64,000 nucleotides of DNA, taken from assembly GCA_028707495.1 (NCBI GenBank), contig JAQWAS010000004.1, positions 3,157-67,156 of the forward strand, given 5' to 3'. Position 1 is the first letter of the stretch; each line of letters opens with the position of its first letter. A program made the translations under genes and the position numbers. The notes under the pieces are model-generated. The model did not search any database. It worked only from the letters and a program-made list of their open reading frames with translations, and was not told the DNA's origin. The DNA comes from Patescibacteria group bacterium (lineage in GTDB: Bacteria; Patescibacteriota; Patescibacteriia; UBA2591; JAQWAS01). Of this stretch, positions 28,490-37,652 are shown piece by piece.

Positions 28490-28984
28490 TTGCCTTATTA
28501 TCGAATTAATCATAAAATCCAAGCTCCGGAGGTTAGGCTTGTTGGCACAGATGAAGAATATATTGGAGTTGTTTCATTGAATGAGGCATTAAAACAAGCC
28601 GAAGAGGCTGGTCTAGATTTAGTTGAAATTTCCCCTAAAGCTGAACCACCGGTAGTAAAAATTACTGATTTTGGTAGTTTTAAATATAATTTGCAAAAAC
28701 AAAATAAAAAAAATAAAATTACCAAAGAATCTAAGGGTATTCGCCTTTCACCACGCATTGGTGAACACGATTTGTCAGTTAAGATTGAACAAACTCAAAA
28801 ATTTATAGAAAAAAACTATAAAGTCAAAATTGAAATGTTATTAAAAGGCAGAGAAAAGGCTCACAAGGATATTGCCCAAGACATTATTACGGGATTTATT
28901 AAAAATTTGGGAGAAAATATTGAGATTGAGCAACCGTTAACTCATCAAGGTCATAAATTTATAACTGTGATTAAAAAGAAATAA
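28490..28984 (+). CDS. infC: Translation initiation factor IF-3
   Basis: Non-ATG (TTG) start, which is typical for infC. IF-3 N- and C-domain motifs (VRLVGTDEEYIGVVSLNEALKQAEEAGLDLVEISPKAEPPVVKI). infC-rpmI-rplT operon order. Confidence 0.9.
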   Translation: MPYYRINHKIQAPEVRLVGTDEEYIGVVSLNEALKQAEEAGLDLVEISPKAEPPVVKITDFGSFKYNLQKQNKKNKITKESKGIRLSPRIGEHDLSVKIEQTQKFIEKNYKVKIEMLLKGREKAHKDIAQDIITGFIKNLGENIEIEQPLTHQGHKFITVIKKK

Positions 28985-28998
28985 TTTATTTGTAAAAT

Positions 28999-29193
28999 AT
29001 GTCTAAAAAAATTAAAACTCGTAAAGCTGTTGCTAAACGTTTTACTATAACTAAAAAAGGTAAAGTTCAACATCGCACTTGTGGTCAAGGTCATTTTAAT
29101 GCTCGCGAAGACAGTAAAACTACTCGCAATAAACGTCAAGACAAAACTTTATCACCCAGTAACCAAAAATTAATTAAAAAATCAATTCATTAA
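28999..29193 (+). CDS. rpmI: 50S ribosomal protein L35
   Basis: MSKKIKTRKAVAKRFTITKKGKVQHRTCGQGHFNA is canonical L35. Confidence 0.9.
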   Translation: MSKKIKTRKAVAKRFTITKKGKVQHRTCGQGHFNAREDSKTTRNKRQDKTLSPSNQKLIKKSIH

Positions 29194-29199
29194 AAATAT

Positions 29200-29553
29200 A
29201 TGCCTAGAGTTAAACGTGGAGCCACTCATAACAAAAAAAGACGTAATTTATTAAAACAAGTTAAGGGCTATCGAGGTGGTCGAAAAAAACTTATCCGTCA
29301 AGCCAAAACCGCTGTTAAAAAGGCAGGTGCTTATAGCTATCGTGATCGCCGAAATAAAAAAAGAACTACCCGCAGTTTATGGCAAATTAATATCAATTCG
29401 GCTTGTCGCCAGCTTGAAACTACTTATAGTAAGTTTATTGATAATTTAAAAAAGAATAAAATTGAATTAGATCGTAAGGTTTTAGCAGATTTAGCTGAAA
29501 ATGAACCCAAAGTTTTTGAACAGCTTATTAAGCAAGTTACGCCTAAAAAATAA
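29200..29553 (+). CDS. rplT: 50S ribosomal protein L20
   Basis: MPRVKRGATHNKKRRNLLKQVKGYRGGRKKLIRQAKTAVKKAGAYSYRDRRNKKR is canonical L20. Confidence 0.9.
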   Translation: MPRVKRGATHNKKRRNLLKQVKGYRGGRKKLIRQAKTAVKKAGAYSYRDRRNKKRTTRSLWQININSACRQLETTYSKFIDNLKKNKIELDRKVLADLAENEPKVFEQLIKQVTPKK

Positions 29554-29560
29554 TTATCTA

Positions 29561-29634
29561 GGGGACGTAGTTCAGTCGGTTAGAACGCTTGCCTGTCACG
29601 CAAGAGGTCGCCGGTTCGAGCCCGGTCGTCCCCG
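29561..29634 (+). tRNA. tRNA-Asp (anticodon GUC)
   Basis: Cloverleaf: acceptor GGGGACG/CGUCCCC, D-arm GUUCAGUCGGUUAGAAC, anticodon stem cuugc/gcaag with loop cuGUCac, T-arm GGUUCGAGCC, discriminator G, no encoded CCA. Confidence 0.85.
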
Positions 29635-29641
29635 TTTGATA

Positions 29642-29668
29642 TAAAAAAGAGCAGCCCATCGGACTGCT
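29642..29668 (+). terminator. Rho-independent terminator after tRNA-Asp (gagcagcc-catc-ggactgct + TTTTTT)
   Basis: 7-bp stem with one mismatch followed by a T-run. Confidence 0.5.
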
Positions 29669-29687
29669 GTTTTTTATACCTAAAAAC

Positions 29688-29725
29688 TTATCCACATTGG
29701 CTTTATTCTTAAAATAAGGTATACT
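29688..29725 (+). promoter_or_regulatory. Promoter (TTGGCT-17-TATACT) immediately preceded by the shared element aaaaacTTATCCACAtt (perfect DnaA-box 9-mer at 29688-29696)
   Basis: Identical 17-19-nt element and spacing recur at 30058-30112 upstream of the paralogous acidic ORF. Confidence 0.45.
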
Positions 29726-29812
29726 CTTAATGAGTGCCGGCTGATTTTTTTTAAAATGGTCGAACAGCTTTTAAAACACTCTTTTTTTTATTAAATCATA
29801 ATTCAAATAAAT

Positions 29813-29989
29813 ATGTTTAATTATTTTGATGATATGCAAAATATTTCTAATGATGATGATGCTATTTCAACTGAAGAGATAACCGAAACACCAGAGGAAA
29901 TCACCGAAGAAGTCGCTGAAACACCAGAGGAAGTAATTGAAGAAGACTCAGAAATATTAGAAGAAGACAATCAAGAAGACGTAGAATAG
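29813..29989 (+). CDS. Small, extremely acidic protein (58 aa; MFNYFDD...)
   Basis: ATG...TAG ORF below the track's size cutoff. About 50% D/E. Paralogous N-terminus to the 30193-30375 ORF. Own promoter and a terminator at about 30030-30056. Confidence 0.45.
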   Translation: MFNYFDDMQNISNDDDAISTEEITETPEEITEEVAETPEEVIEEDSEILEEDNQEDVE

Positions 29990-30064
29990 TCATCTGCATT
30001 CTAATGTAAAGAAAAAAATGGTAATAAAAAATCGGGCACAAAAGCTCGATTTTTTATTAAAAAC

Positions 30065-30112
30065 TTATCCACATTTTATTTATTGACTATTTTTTAAAAC
30101 TCTTTATAATTA
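30065..30112 (+). promoter_or_regulatory. Promoter (TTGACT-17-TATAAT) preceded by aaaaacTTATCCACAtt (perfect DnaA-box 9-mer at 30065-30073)
   Basis: Consensus hexamers read directly. A duplicate of the 29681-29725 unit. Confidence 0.5.
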
Positions 30113-30192
30113 AGTGTAATTTGATAATTTTAATATTTAAAGTTTGGATTGTCGAAGCCAAACTCCTCTAATAAGTTTAATAAAAAAAACAC

Positions 30193-30375
30193 ATGATCAA
30201 TTTTTACTTTGACGATGACTATACCACCGAAGAAGAAGTAGACGATGATGGTATGGTTGATGACGACATGGGTGGTGATGATGACATGTCAATAAGCGAT
30301 GACGATGATGTCACCACTGATGACAATGAAACAATTGAAGAAGACGAAGAAGAAGGCGATAGCGCCGAATGGTAG
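30193..30375 (+). CDS. Small, extremely acidic protein (60 aa; MINFYFDDD...; more than 50% D/E)
   Basis: ORF-track ORF. N-terminus paralogous to the 29813-29989 ORF. Followed by a hairpin (aaaaaccagtcgtttaaacgattggtttttt) at about 30398-30428. Confidence 0.5.
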   Translation: MINFYFDDDYTTEEEVDDDGMVDDDMGGDDDMSISDDDDVTTDDNETIEEDEEEGDSAEW

Positions 30376-30466
30376 TCTTTAAACTTATATAAAAAACCAG
30401 TCGTTTAAACGATTGGTTTTTTATTTATAAAATTTGACTTTTATAAAACTTGCAAGATTTATAAAA

Positions 30467-30682
30467 CTAAATTTCGGGTTCATCATCTTGAGTCTCAGTT
30501 TCTTCTTCTGGAGTTTCTTCTGGTAAAGTTGATTCTTGTGGAGTTTCTGTTGAGGCTGGAATTTCCGTTTCACCTGCTTCCTCTCTTGATTCCTTTTTAC
30601 CACCCTTACTTAAAAGAATAATTAAAACAACTAAAACTACAATGATAATTACCCACCAAATCCATTGTGACATATTTTTCAC
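30467..30682 (-). CDS. Small membrane-anchored acidic protein (71 aa)
   Basis: N-terminal TM helix (WIWWVIIIVVLVVLIILL) followed by an E/T/P-rich acidic tail. Confidence 0.4.
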   Translation of the reverse strand: MKNMSQWIWWVIIIVVLVVLIILLSKGGKKESREEAGETEIPASTETPQESTLPEETPEEETETQDDEPEI

Positions 30683-30900
30683 CCCCTTTCTAATAATTTG
30701 TCCAAATCTTTGATTTGGTTACAAATTATTAGCCCGTTTGCCCGCCGAATCGGTGGGCCTCAGGTGGGCAACGTTTATTAACGTTAAACCGCCTTAAACG
30801 AATTCTAATTTATAACCTTAATCTAGACAAATCATTTAAAATCTTGTTAATTAATCATTAACTAATTCCAGTATATCAATTAATTAATTTTATGGCAAAT

Positions 30901-31752
30901 TTAAATCAGTTGCATTTTTCTTTTTTTTAAACAACACGTTATAACTATAGCCGTAATAATTAAAATTAGGCTAGAAATATGACCCAAGCGCCACATACCA
31001 AATTCCGGTTGGCGGTCAATTCTTAAAAATTCTATCATAAAACGCCCCACCGAATAGAACCAAACATATGTAGTAAAAATTATCCCTGGTCTAATTAATT
31101 GCCCGCGAATTATTTTTTTAAATCTAAAAGCATGACTTATTAACAAAACACTACATGCTAAACAATTCCAAATTGATTGATATAAAAAGGTTGGGTGAAA
31201 AAATTGAAACAACACATATTTATCTACACGATTTGCCACATCAATCGGTATACCCCAATTTAAAATCGTTGGTAAACCATATAACTCTTGATTAAAATAA
31301 TTTCCCCAACGCCCCATAGCTTGACCAACAATTAAACCCACGACCAATATGTCTAACCATAACCAAAAAGGTAAATGATATTTGCGAGTATAAAAATAAA
31401 CTACTGCCACTCCAGCTATGACTCCCCCAAAAATTCCCATACCCCCTTGCCAAAATTTTAAAATATCAAGTGGCTGATACAAATAATATGGCATTTCACA
31501 CAAAACATGATAAATTCTTGCTCCAACTAAACCAAAAATTAACAAATAAAAAACTAATTGCCAAACATGATCAGAATGAATGTGATATTTTTTAGCTAAA
31601 TATAATATTAATCCTAGACCAAGTAAAATACCAACGACAATAAAAAAACCGTACCAATAAACAACCACCCCCTTAAATTCAAAGAGAATTGGTTGGGGGT
31701 GGTAAGTGTGTAATAATTTAATTAAACCAAAAGACATGTTAGTTGCAACCAC
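30901..31752 (-). CDS. lgt: Prolipoprotein diacylglyceryl transferase
   Basis: Lgt signature GQAMGRWGNYFNQELYG and a polytopic membrane profile. Confidence 0.85.
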   Translation of the reverse strand: MVATNMSFGLIKLLHTYHPQPILFEFKGVVVYWYGFFIVVGILLGLGLILYLAKKYHIHSDHVWQLVFYLLIFGLVGARIYHVLCEMPYYLYQPLDILKFWQGGMGIFGGVIAGVAVVYFYTRKYHLPFWLWLDILVVGLIVGQAMGRWGNYFNQELYGLPTILNWGIPIDVANRVDKYVLFQFFHPTFLYQSIWNCLACSVLLISHAFRFKKIIRGQLIRPGIIFTTYVWFYSVGRFMIEFLRIDRQPEFGMWRLGHISSLILIITAIVITCCLKKRKMQLI

Positions 31753-32572
31753 CAGTGGCTGCCGCTCCGGCTAAACTTAATTCTTTACTACAATCTTTGG
31801 GTTGCTTTTTAAAGCCTGAACATAAAGCATCTTTATAATTTTCTGGTGCGCGGGCTCCACGATATTCACTGCCATTAACAAAGACCTGAGGAGAACCCAT
31901 GACTCCCATTTCTATGTTTAAATTTTTCTCAGCCGCTAACAATTCTGCAGCTTCGTTGTTAAAACAATTTTCAATTTTTCCGATATCAACTTTGGCAGTC
32001 TGAGCAGCCTCTTTCCAACAAGTATTAATATTATCTAAAGTACACTTAGCATTAACTTCATCTACATAGTCCCACCATTTAGCTTGATCATATTTCCACA
32101 AACATAATTGTCTAACATCTTCGTTTAACTCATCAATACCGTGCATGGAACAATATTCTCCTTGATCGGTTAAACAAAATTGAGATAACTCTTCTGCCGT
32201 ACACTCACCCTGTTTGGCACAGTAATTTTCATAAATCACAAAATGCGGTTCTATTTTAGCATCTTTGTTAAATAATCTAGCAACTGGTCCCAGACCGACT
32301 TCAGCTTGTTCGCCATAGGGGCAAAAACTCATGACAAAAAACTTTAAAATAGGTTCTTTTTCATCTGGCGCATCAAAAGTCACAGCTTGATCTCCAGCAT
32401 CTGCTTGATCAGCTGTTAAATCATCGGTTGGGATAGATGGAATAGATGAAGTATTGTTAAAATTAACCAAGAGTAAGATCAAGGTTAAAATAGTAACTAC
32501 GGCAATTCCTACTGCAAGGCCTAAGACAAAAACCACTTTGGGTGGAGTGTCTTTAAAAAATTCTCTACTCAT
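31739..32572 (-). CDS. Membrane-anchored, Cys-rich thioredoxin-like/DsbA-like periplasmic protein (putative)
   Basis: N-terminal TM anchor, FCPYG and several further Cys pairs. 14-nt overlap with lgt suggests co-translation. The family assignment is weak. Confidence 0.4.
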   Translation of the reverse strand: MSREFFKDTPPKVVFVLGLAVGIAVVTILTLILLLVNFNNTSSIPSIPTDDLTADQADAGDQAVTFDAPDEKEPILKFFVMSFCPYGEQAEVGLGPVARLFNKDAKIEPHFVIYENYCAKQGECTAEELSQFCLTDQGEYCSMHGIDELNEDVRQLCLWKYDQAKWWDYVDEVNAKCTLDNINTCWKEAAQTAKVDIGKIENCFNNEAAELLAAEKNLNIEMGVMGSPQVFVNGSEYRGARAPENYKDALCSGFKKQPKDCSKELSLAGAAATGGCN

Positions 32573-32651
32573 AATTTTGTTAGTTAAATTAATTAAATTA
32601 TTTAATATTTTATTATACTACTTTAAATTAAACTTTCAAGCCATAAAGTGT

Positions 32652-33119
32652 TTATAAAATTTTTAATTTTTTTAAACCTGACCTAAATTGATCAACAGCC
32701 TGACGGGCTTGATAACTGTTAATATTAAAATTAGCCTCATGAACTAATTGATTTCTAAAACGATGAGCCGCATAAAGCTTGCCCAAAAATTGATATTTCT
32801 TGCAAGCTAGACTTAAGCGTTGTTGAAAGCTTCCACCCGTAAAATGCATATCTTGCAAAACCTGATCAAAAAGTTTATCAGCCTCAATAACGGCTATTTT
32901 TAAATCGCTCATCTGATTGGATTGAATTTTTTTATCAATTTCTCGCCACTGGCGCTGGATATCATTTTTATCTAAAGAATATAATTCTGGCGACCGATGA
33001 AAAAAATTTTTAATACGTTGAATGGGTCGATAAACAATCCACCAAGCAATCACAATAACACCCCCAATATATAACCACATTTTCAAAGGTAAAGACGGAA
33101 AATCTAAGTTAATCTGCAT
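32652..33119 (-). CDS. Hypothetical N-terminally anchored membrane protein (155 aa)
   Basis: Single TM (LYIGGVIVIAWWIVY) then a helical soluble domain. No confident motif. Confidence 0.4.
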   Translation of the reverse strand: MQINLDFPSLPLKMWLYIGGVIVIAWWIVYRPIQRIKNFFHRSPELYSLDKNDIQRQWREIDKKIQSNQMSDLKIAVIEADKLFDQVLQDMHFTGGSFQQRLSLACKKYQFLGKLYAAHRFRNQLVHEANFNINSYQARQAVDQFRSGLKKLKIL

Positions 33120-33123
33120 AAAA

Positions 33124-34584
33124 TTATTTATTAGCTGAATAGATGCGAGCTAAATCAAAAATTCTTTTTTCTCCCATAGCTGATCCAATAATTTGCAAAC
33201 CTGTTGGTAAATTTTCTGCTTGTCCGTTAGGTATAGATAAAGCTGGTAAACCAGCTAAATTTACTGGACAAGTATAAATATCTGATAAATACATTTGCAA
33301 AGGATCATTCATCTTTTCGCCCAATTTGAAAGCTGGCGTGGCGGTTGTTGGTGTCGCAATTAGATCAACATTTTCAAAGGCTTGTTCAAAGTCTCGTTGA
33401 ATTAAAGTTCTGATCTTTTGTGCTTGTAAATAGTAAGCGTCGCGATAACCAGCCGACAGAATATAAGTGCCTAAAATAATGCGACGCTTAACTTCACTAC
33501 CAAAACCTTTTTCACGAGTTTTAAAATAAACTTGTTCTAAATTGGTACTTTTAACTTTAGGATCATTGACGCTAGAATAACCATAACGCATACCGTCATA
33601 ACGTGCTAAATTTGATGACACTTCAGCCGGCATAATTAAATAATAACAAGCCAGGGCATATTCAAGATGTGGTAACTTCACTTCAATTATTTTATAATTT
33701 AATTTTTGTAACTCTCTTAAACTCCGTTTAAAGTTATTTTTTACGCCAATATCTAAATTAGTCATAAAACTATCACCCAAAACACCAATTACTAAATCTG
33801 TTTTTTTCTTATTAATTTTTCTCTCAAGAGGCTTAATTTGTTCTTCATTTAAACTAGTAGCATCTTTTAAATCATAACCCTGAATAGCATCAAAAATTAT
33901 TTCCATATCTTCTAAGTTTTGACTTAAGATTCCAATCTGATCCAATGATGACGCCATACTAATTAAACCATAACGAGAAATACGACCATAGGTTGGTTTA
34001 AAACCGTATAAGCCACAAAAAGCTGCTGGCTGACGGACAGAACCACCCGTATCTGATCCCAAAGCTATTAAACTCATTTGCGATGCCACGGCCACGGCCG
34101 AACCACCAGAAGATCCACCGGGTACCCTTTGAGTATCTAGGGGATTTTTAACTGGGCCAAACCAAGATGTTTCGTTTGAAGATCCCATGGCGAATTCATC
34201 TAGATTAGTTTTACCTAAAATTAAAGCACGCTGAGTTTTCAATTTTTCAATCACAGTCGCGTTAAAAGCTGGTGTGTAATTTTGTAATATCCTTGATCCA
34301 GCCGTTGTAATTAAATTTTTAGTCACAATATTATCTTTGATTGCCATCGGCACTCCCTCAATTAAGCCAATCTCCTTTTTTTCTTTAATTTTTTTGTCAA
34401 TCATTTCGGCTTGATGCACACTCTCTTCTTGATTTAAATTAATAAAAGCGTTTAAGTTTGGATTGTGAAGTTTAATTTGATCAAAATATAACTTAACTAT
34501 TTCTTGGCAAGAAAAAGTTTTTTTATTTAAACCTTGATGAAATTTTTTTATCGTTAATTTTGAAAAATCCATATTAACCTTCAA
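33124..34584 (-). CDS. gatA: Glu-tRNA(Gln)/Asp-tRNA(Asn) amidotransferase subunit A
   Basis: Amidase signature GGSSGGSAVAVAS with the Ser-cisSer-Lys triad context. Overlaps gatC by 11 nt. Confidence 0.9.
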   Translation of the reverse strand: MKVNMDFSKLTIKKFHQGLNKKTFSCQEIVKLYFDQIKLHNPNLNAFINLNQEESVHQAEMIDKKIKEKKEIGLIEGVPMAIKDNIVTKNLITTAGSRILQNYTPAFNATVIEKLKTQRALILGKTNLDEFAMGSSNETSWFGPVKNPLDTQRVPGGSSGGSAVAVASQMSLIALGSDTGGSVRQPAAFCGLYGFKPTYGRISRYGLISMASSLDQIGILSQNLEDMEIIFDAIQGYDLKDATSLNEEQIKPLERKINKKKTDLVIGVLGDSFMTNLDIGVKNNFKRSLRELQKLNYKIIEVKLPHLEYALACYYLIMPAEVSSNLARYDGMRYGYSSVNDPKVKSTNLEQVYFKTREKGFGSEVKRRIILGTYILSAGYRDAYYLQAQKIRTLIQRDFEQAFENVDLIATPTTATPAFKLGEKMNDPLQMYLSDIYTCPVNLAGLPALSIPNGQAENLPTGLQIIGSAMGEKRIFDLARIYSANK

Positions 34585-34870
34585 AAATCTTTTTAACTTT
34601 TAAATATTGCCCTTGTGTTTGAGGCGCTTGCGAAATTAATCTTTCTTTAACTTCCAATTGAATCACATTAGCTTGATCAATTCGTGTGACATTTTTTAAA
34701 TTAATTGGACGATTAATTTTTAAATTTGAATCTATTTTAATTTTTTTAATTTGATCTACATAATCCAAAATCACCGACAAATCGTCGGCTAAAGCTTTTT
34801 TTTCCGATGGGGTTAATCTTAATCTAGCTAAACGACTAACCTCATCAATTTTTTGTAGCGTAATAGACAT
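34574..34870 (-). CDS. gatC: Glu-tRNA(Gln)/Asp-tRNA(Asn) amidotransferase subunit C
   Basis: 98 aa. LTPSEKKALADDLSVILDYVDQI pattern typical of GatC. Immediately upstream of gatA. Confidence 0.85.
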   Translation of the reverse strand: MSITLQKIDEVSRLARLRLTPSEKKALADDLSVILDYVDQIKKIKIDSNLKINRPINLKNVTRIDQANVIQLEVKERLISQAPQTQGQYLKVKKIFEG

Positions 34871-34909
34871 GTTAATTTATTATACATTTAATTTTAACTT
34901 TTATCAACC

Positions 34910-34955
34910 TTATCCACAATTTAATCTTGACTAATTTTAGTTGTATGCTAAACTT
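34910..34955 (+). promoter_or_regulatory. Promoter (TTGACT - 16 nt - TGcTAAACT extended -10) preceded at 8 bp by a perfect TTATCCACA 9-mer (34910-34918); drives the plus-strand RNA locus
   Basis: Motifs read directly. The only plus-strand features downstream are tRNA-like genes and a terminator at 35457-35487. Confidence 0.45.
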
Positions 34956-35145
34956 AAATTATCTGTTCATTATAATTTTGATAAAACAGGAAAATGGTTT
35001 TCAATTCCGACAGTGAATTTCCCCTCCTTTCCCCACTTTTGGATTGTAATCATTTTCCTGTTATTTATGTGATGTAGTCGATAAATTCTCCTTATAAAGG
35101 AAATTGCGCTTAGCTTGCCCGATCGGCAACATCGTCTTAATAATT

Positions 35146-35218
35146 ACTCGTGTAGCTCAATCAGGTAGAGCGTTACGTTGCTAACGTAAAGGTATAGGTT
35201 CAAATCCTATCGCGAGTT
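35146..35218 (+). tRNA. Atypical tRNA with anticodon GCU but a short (4-5 nt) variable region
   Basis: Acceptor ACUCGUG/CGCGAGU (7 bp including one G-U), D-arm GCUC-AAUCAGGUA-GAGC, anticodon stem UUACG/CGUAA with loop UUGCUAA, T-arm AUAGG-UUCAAAU-CCUAU, discriminator U. A GCU anticodon normally marks a class II tRNA-Ser with a long extra arm, which is absent here. Confidence 0.55.
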
Positions 35219-35230
35219 ATTTTAAAAATT

Positions 35231-35303
35231 GCCTGTGTAACTCAATAACAGAGATTAGTCATTAAAATTATGTGTTGCGGGTTCAAATATCACCACAGGC
35301 GAA
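35231..35303 (+). other. Degenerate tRNA-like element (perfect acceptor stem GCCUGUG/CACAGGC and GGUUCAAAU T-loop, no foldable anticodon arm)
   Basis: Shares the gu(a/g)(a/g)cucaau and gguucaaau blocks with the preceding tRNA. Middle region cannot form the anticodon stem-loop. Confidence 0.3.
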
Positions 35304-35456
35304 TTTTGTAAGGGTGCGTAATCTGTTCAAAGGCAAGAATCTTAAACTGACAAAGTCAGGACTATAATAACCGAATTGTGTCTGGCAGGGGGTAACTAAG
35401 GTTAAAATAGTTGGTTCCGGCGTCTTAATGGGGAGCGCACCCCTTTTCTTTTGTAG

Positions 35457-35487
35457 CAAAAATCGCTTAAATAGCGATTTTTTTATT
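35457..35487. terminator. Bidirectional rho-independent terminator (aaaaatcgct-taaat-agcgattttttt)
   Basis: 6-bp stem flanked by an A-run and a T-run. Terminates the plus-strand RNA locus and the minus-strand ligA. Confidence 0.5.
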
Positions 35488-35498
35488 TAGTTTTAATT

Positions 35499-37595
<2,097 letters not shown>

Positions 37596-37652
37596 TCAAA
37601 AAAGGAGCGTTTTGACACGCTCCTTTTTTTTGAAAAATATGCCTTAATATTT

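Noticed and set aside
9598-34918. Interpreting the four TTATCCACA boxes as the chromosomal replication origin
   Set aside because: The boxes are spread over 25 kb rather than clustered within a few hundred bp. No AT-rich unwinding element with clustered boxes is seen, and dnaA/dnaN are not in the window. Each box is positioned relative to a promoter -35 element, which fits a transcriptional operator better.
35231-35303. Second tRNA gene directly after the GCU-anticodon tRNA
   Set aside because: Acceptor stem and T-loop are intact, but no anticodon stem-loop or D-arm of standard geometry can be folded. Treated as a tRNA-like remnant, not a functional tRNA.
35304-35455. Calling the structured tail of the RNA locus SRP (4.5S) RNA, RNase P RNA or 6S RNA
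   Set aside because: No GGAA-tetraloop/AGCAGCC domain IV motif (SRP), no GGAAAGUCCGG / P4 consensus (RNase P), and no long central-bubble hairpin of suitable length (6S) could be recognised by eye. It is reported only as a candidate structured RNA.
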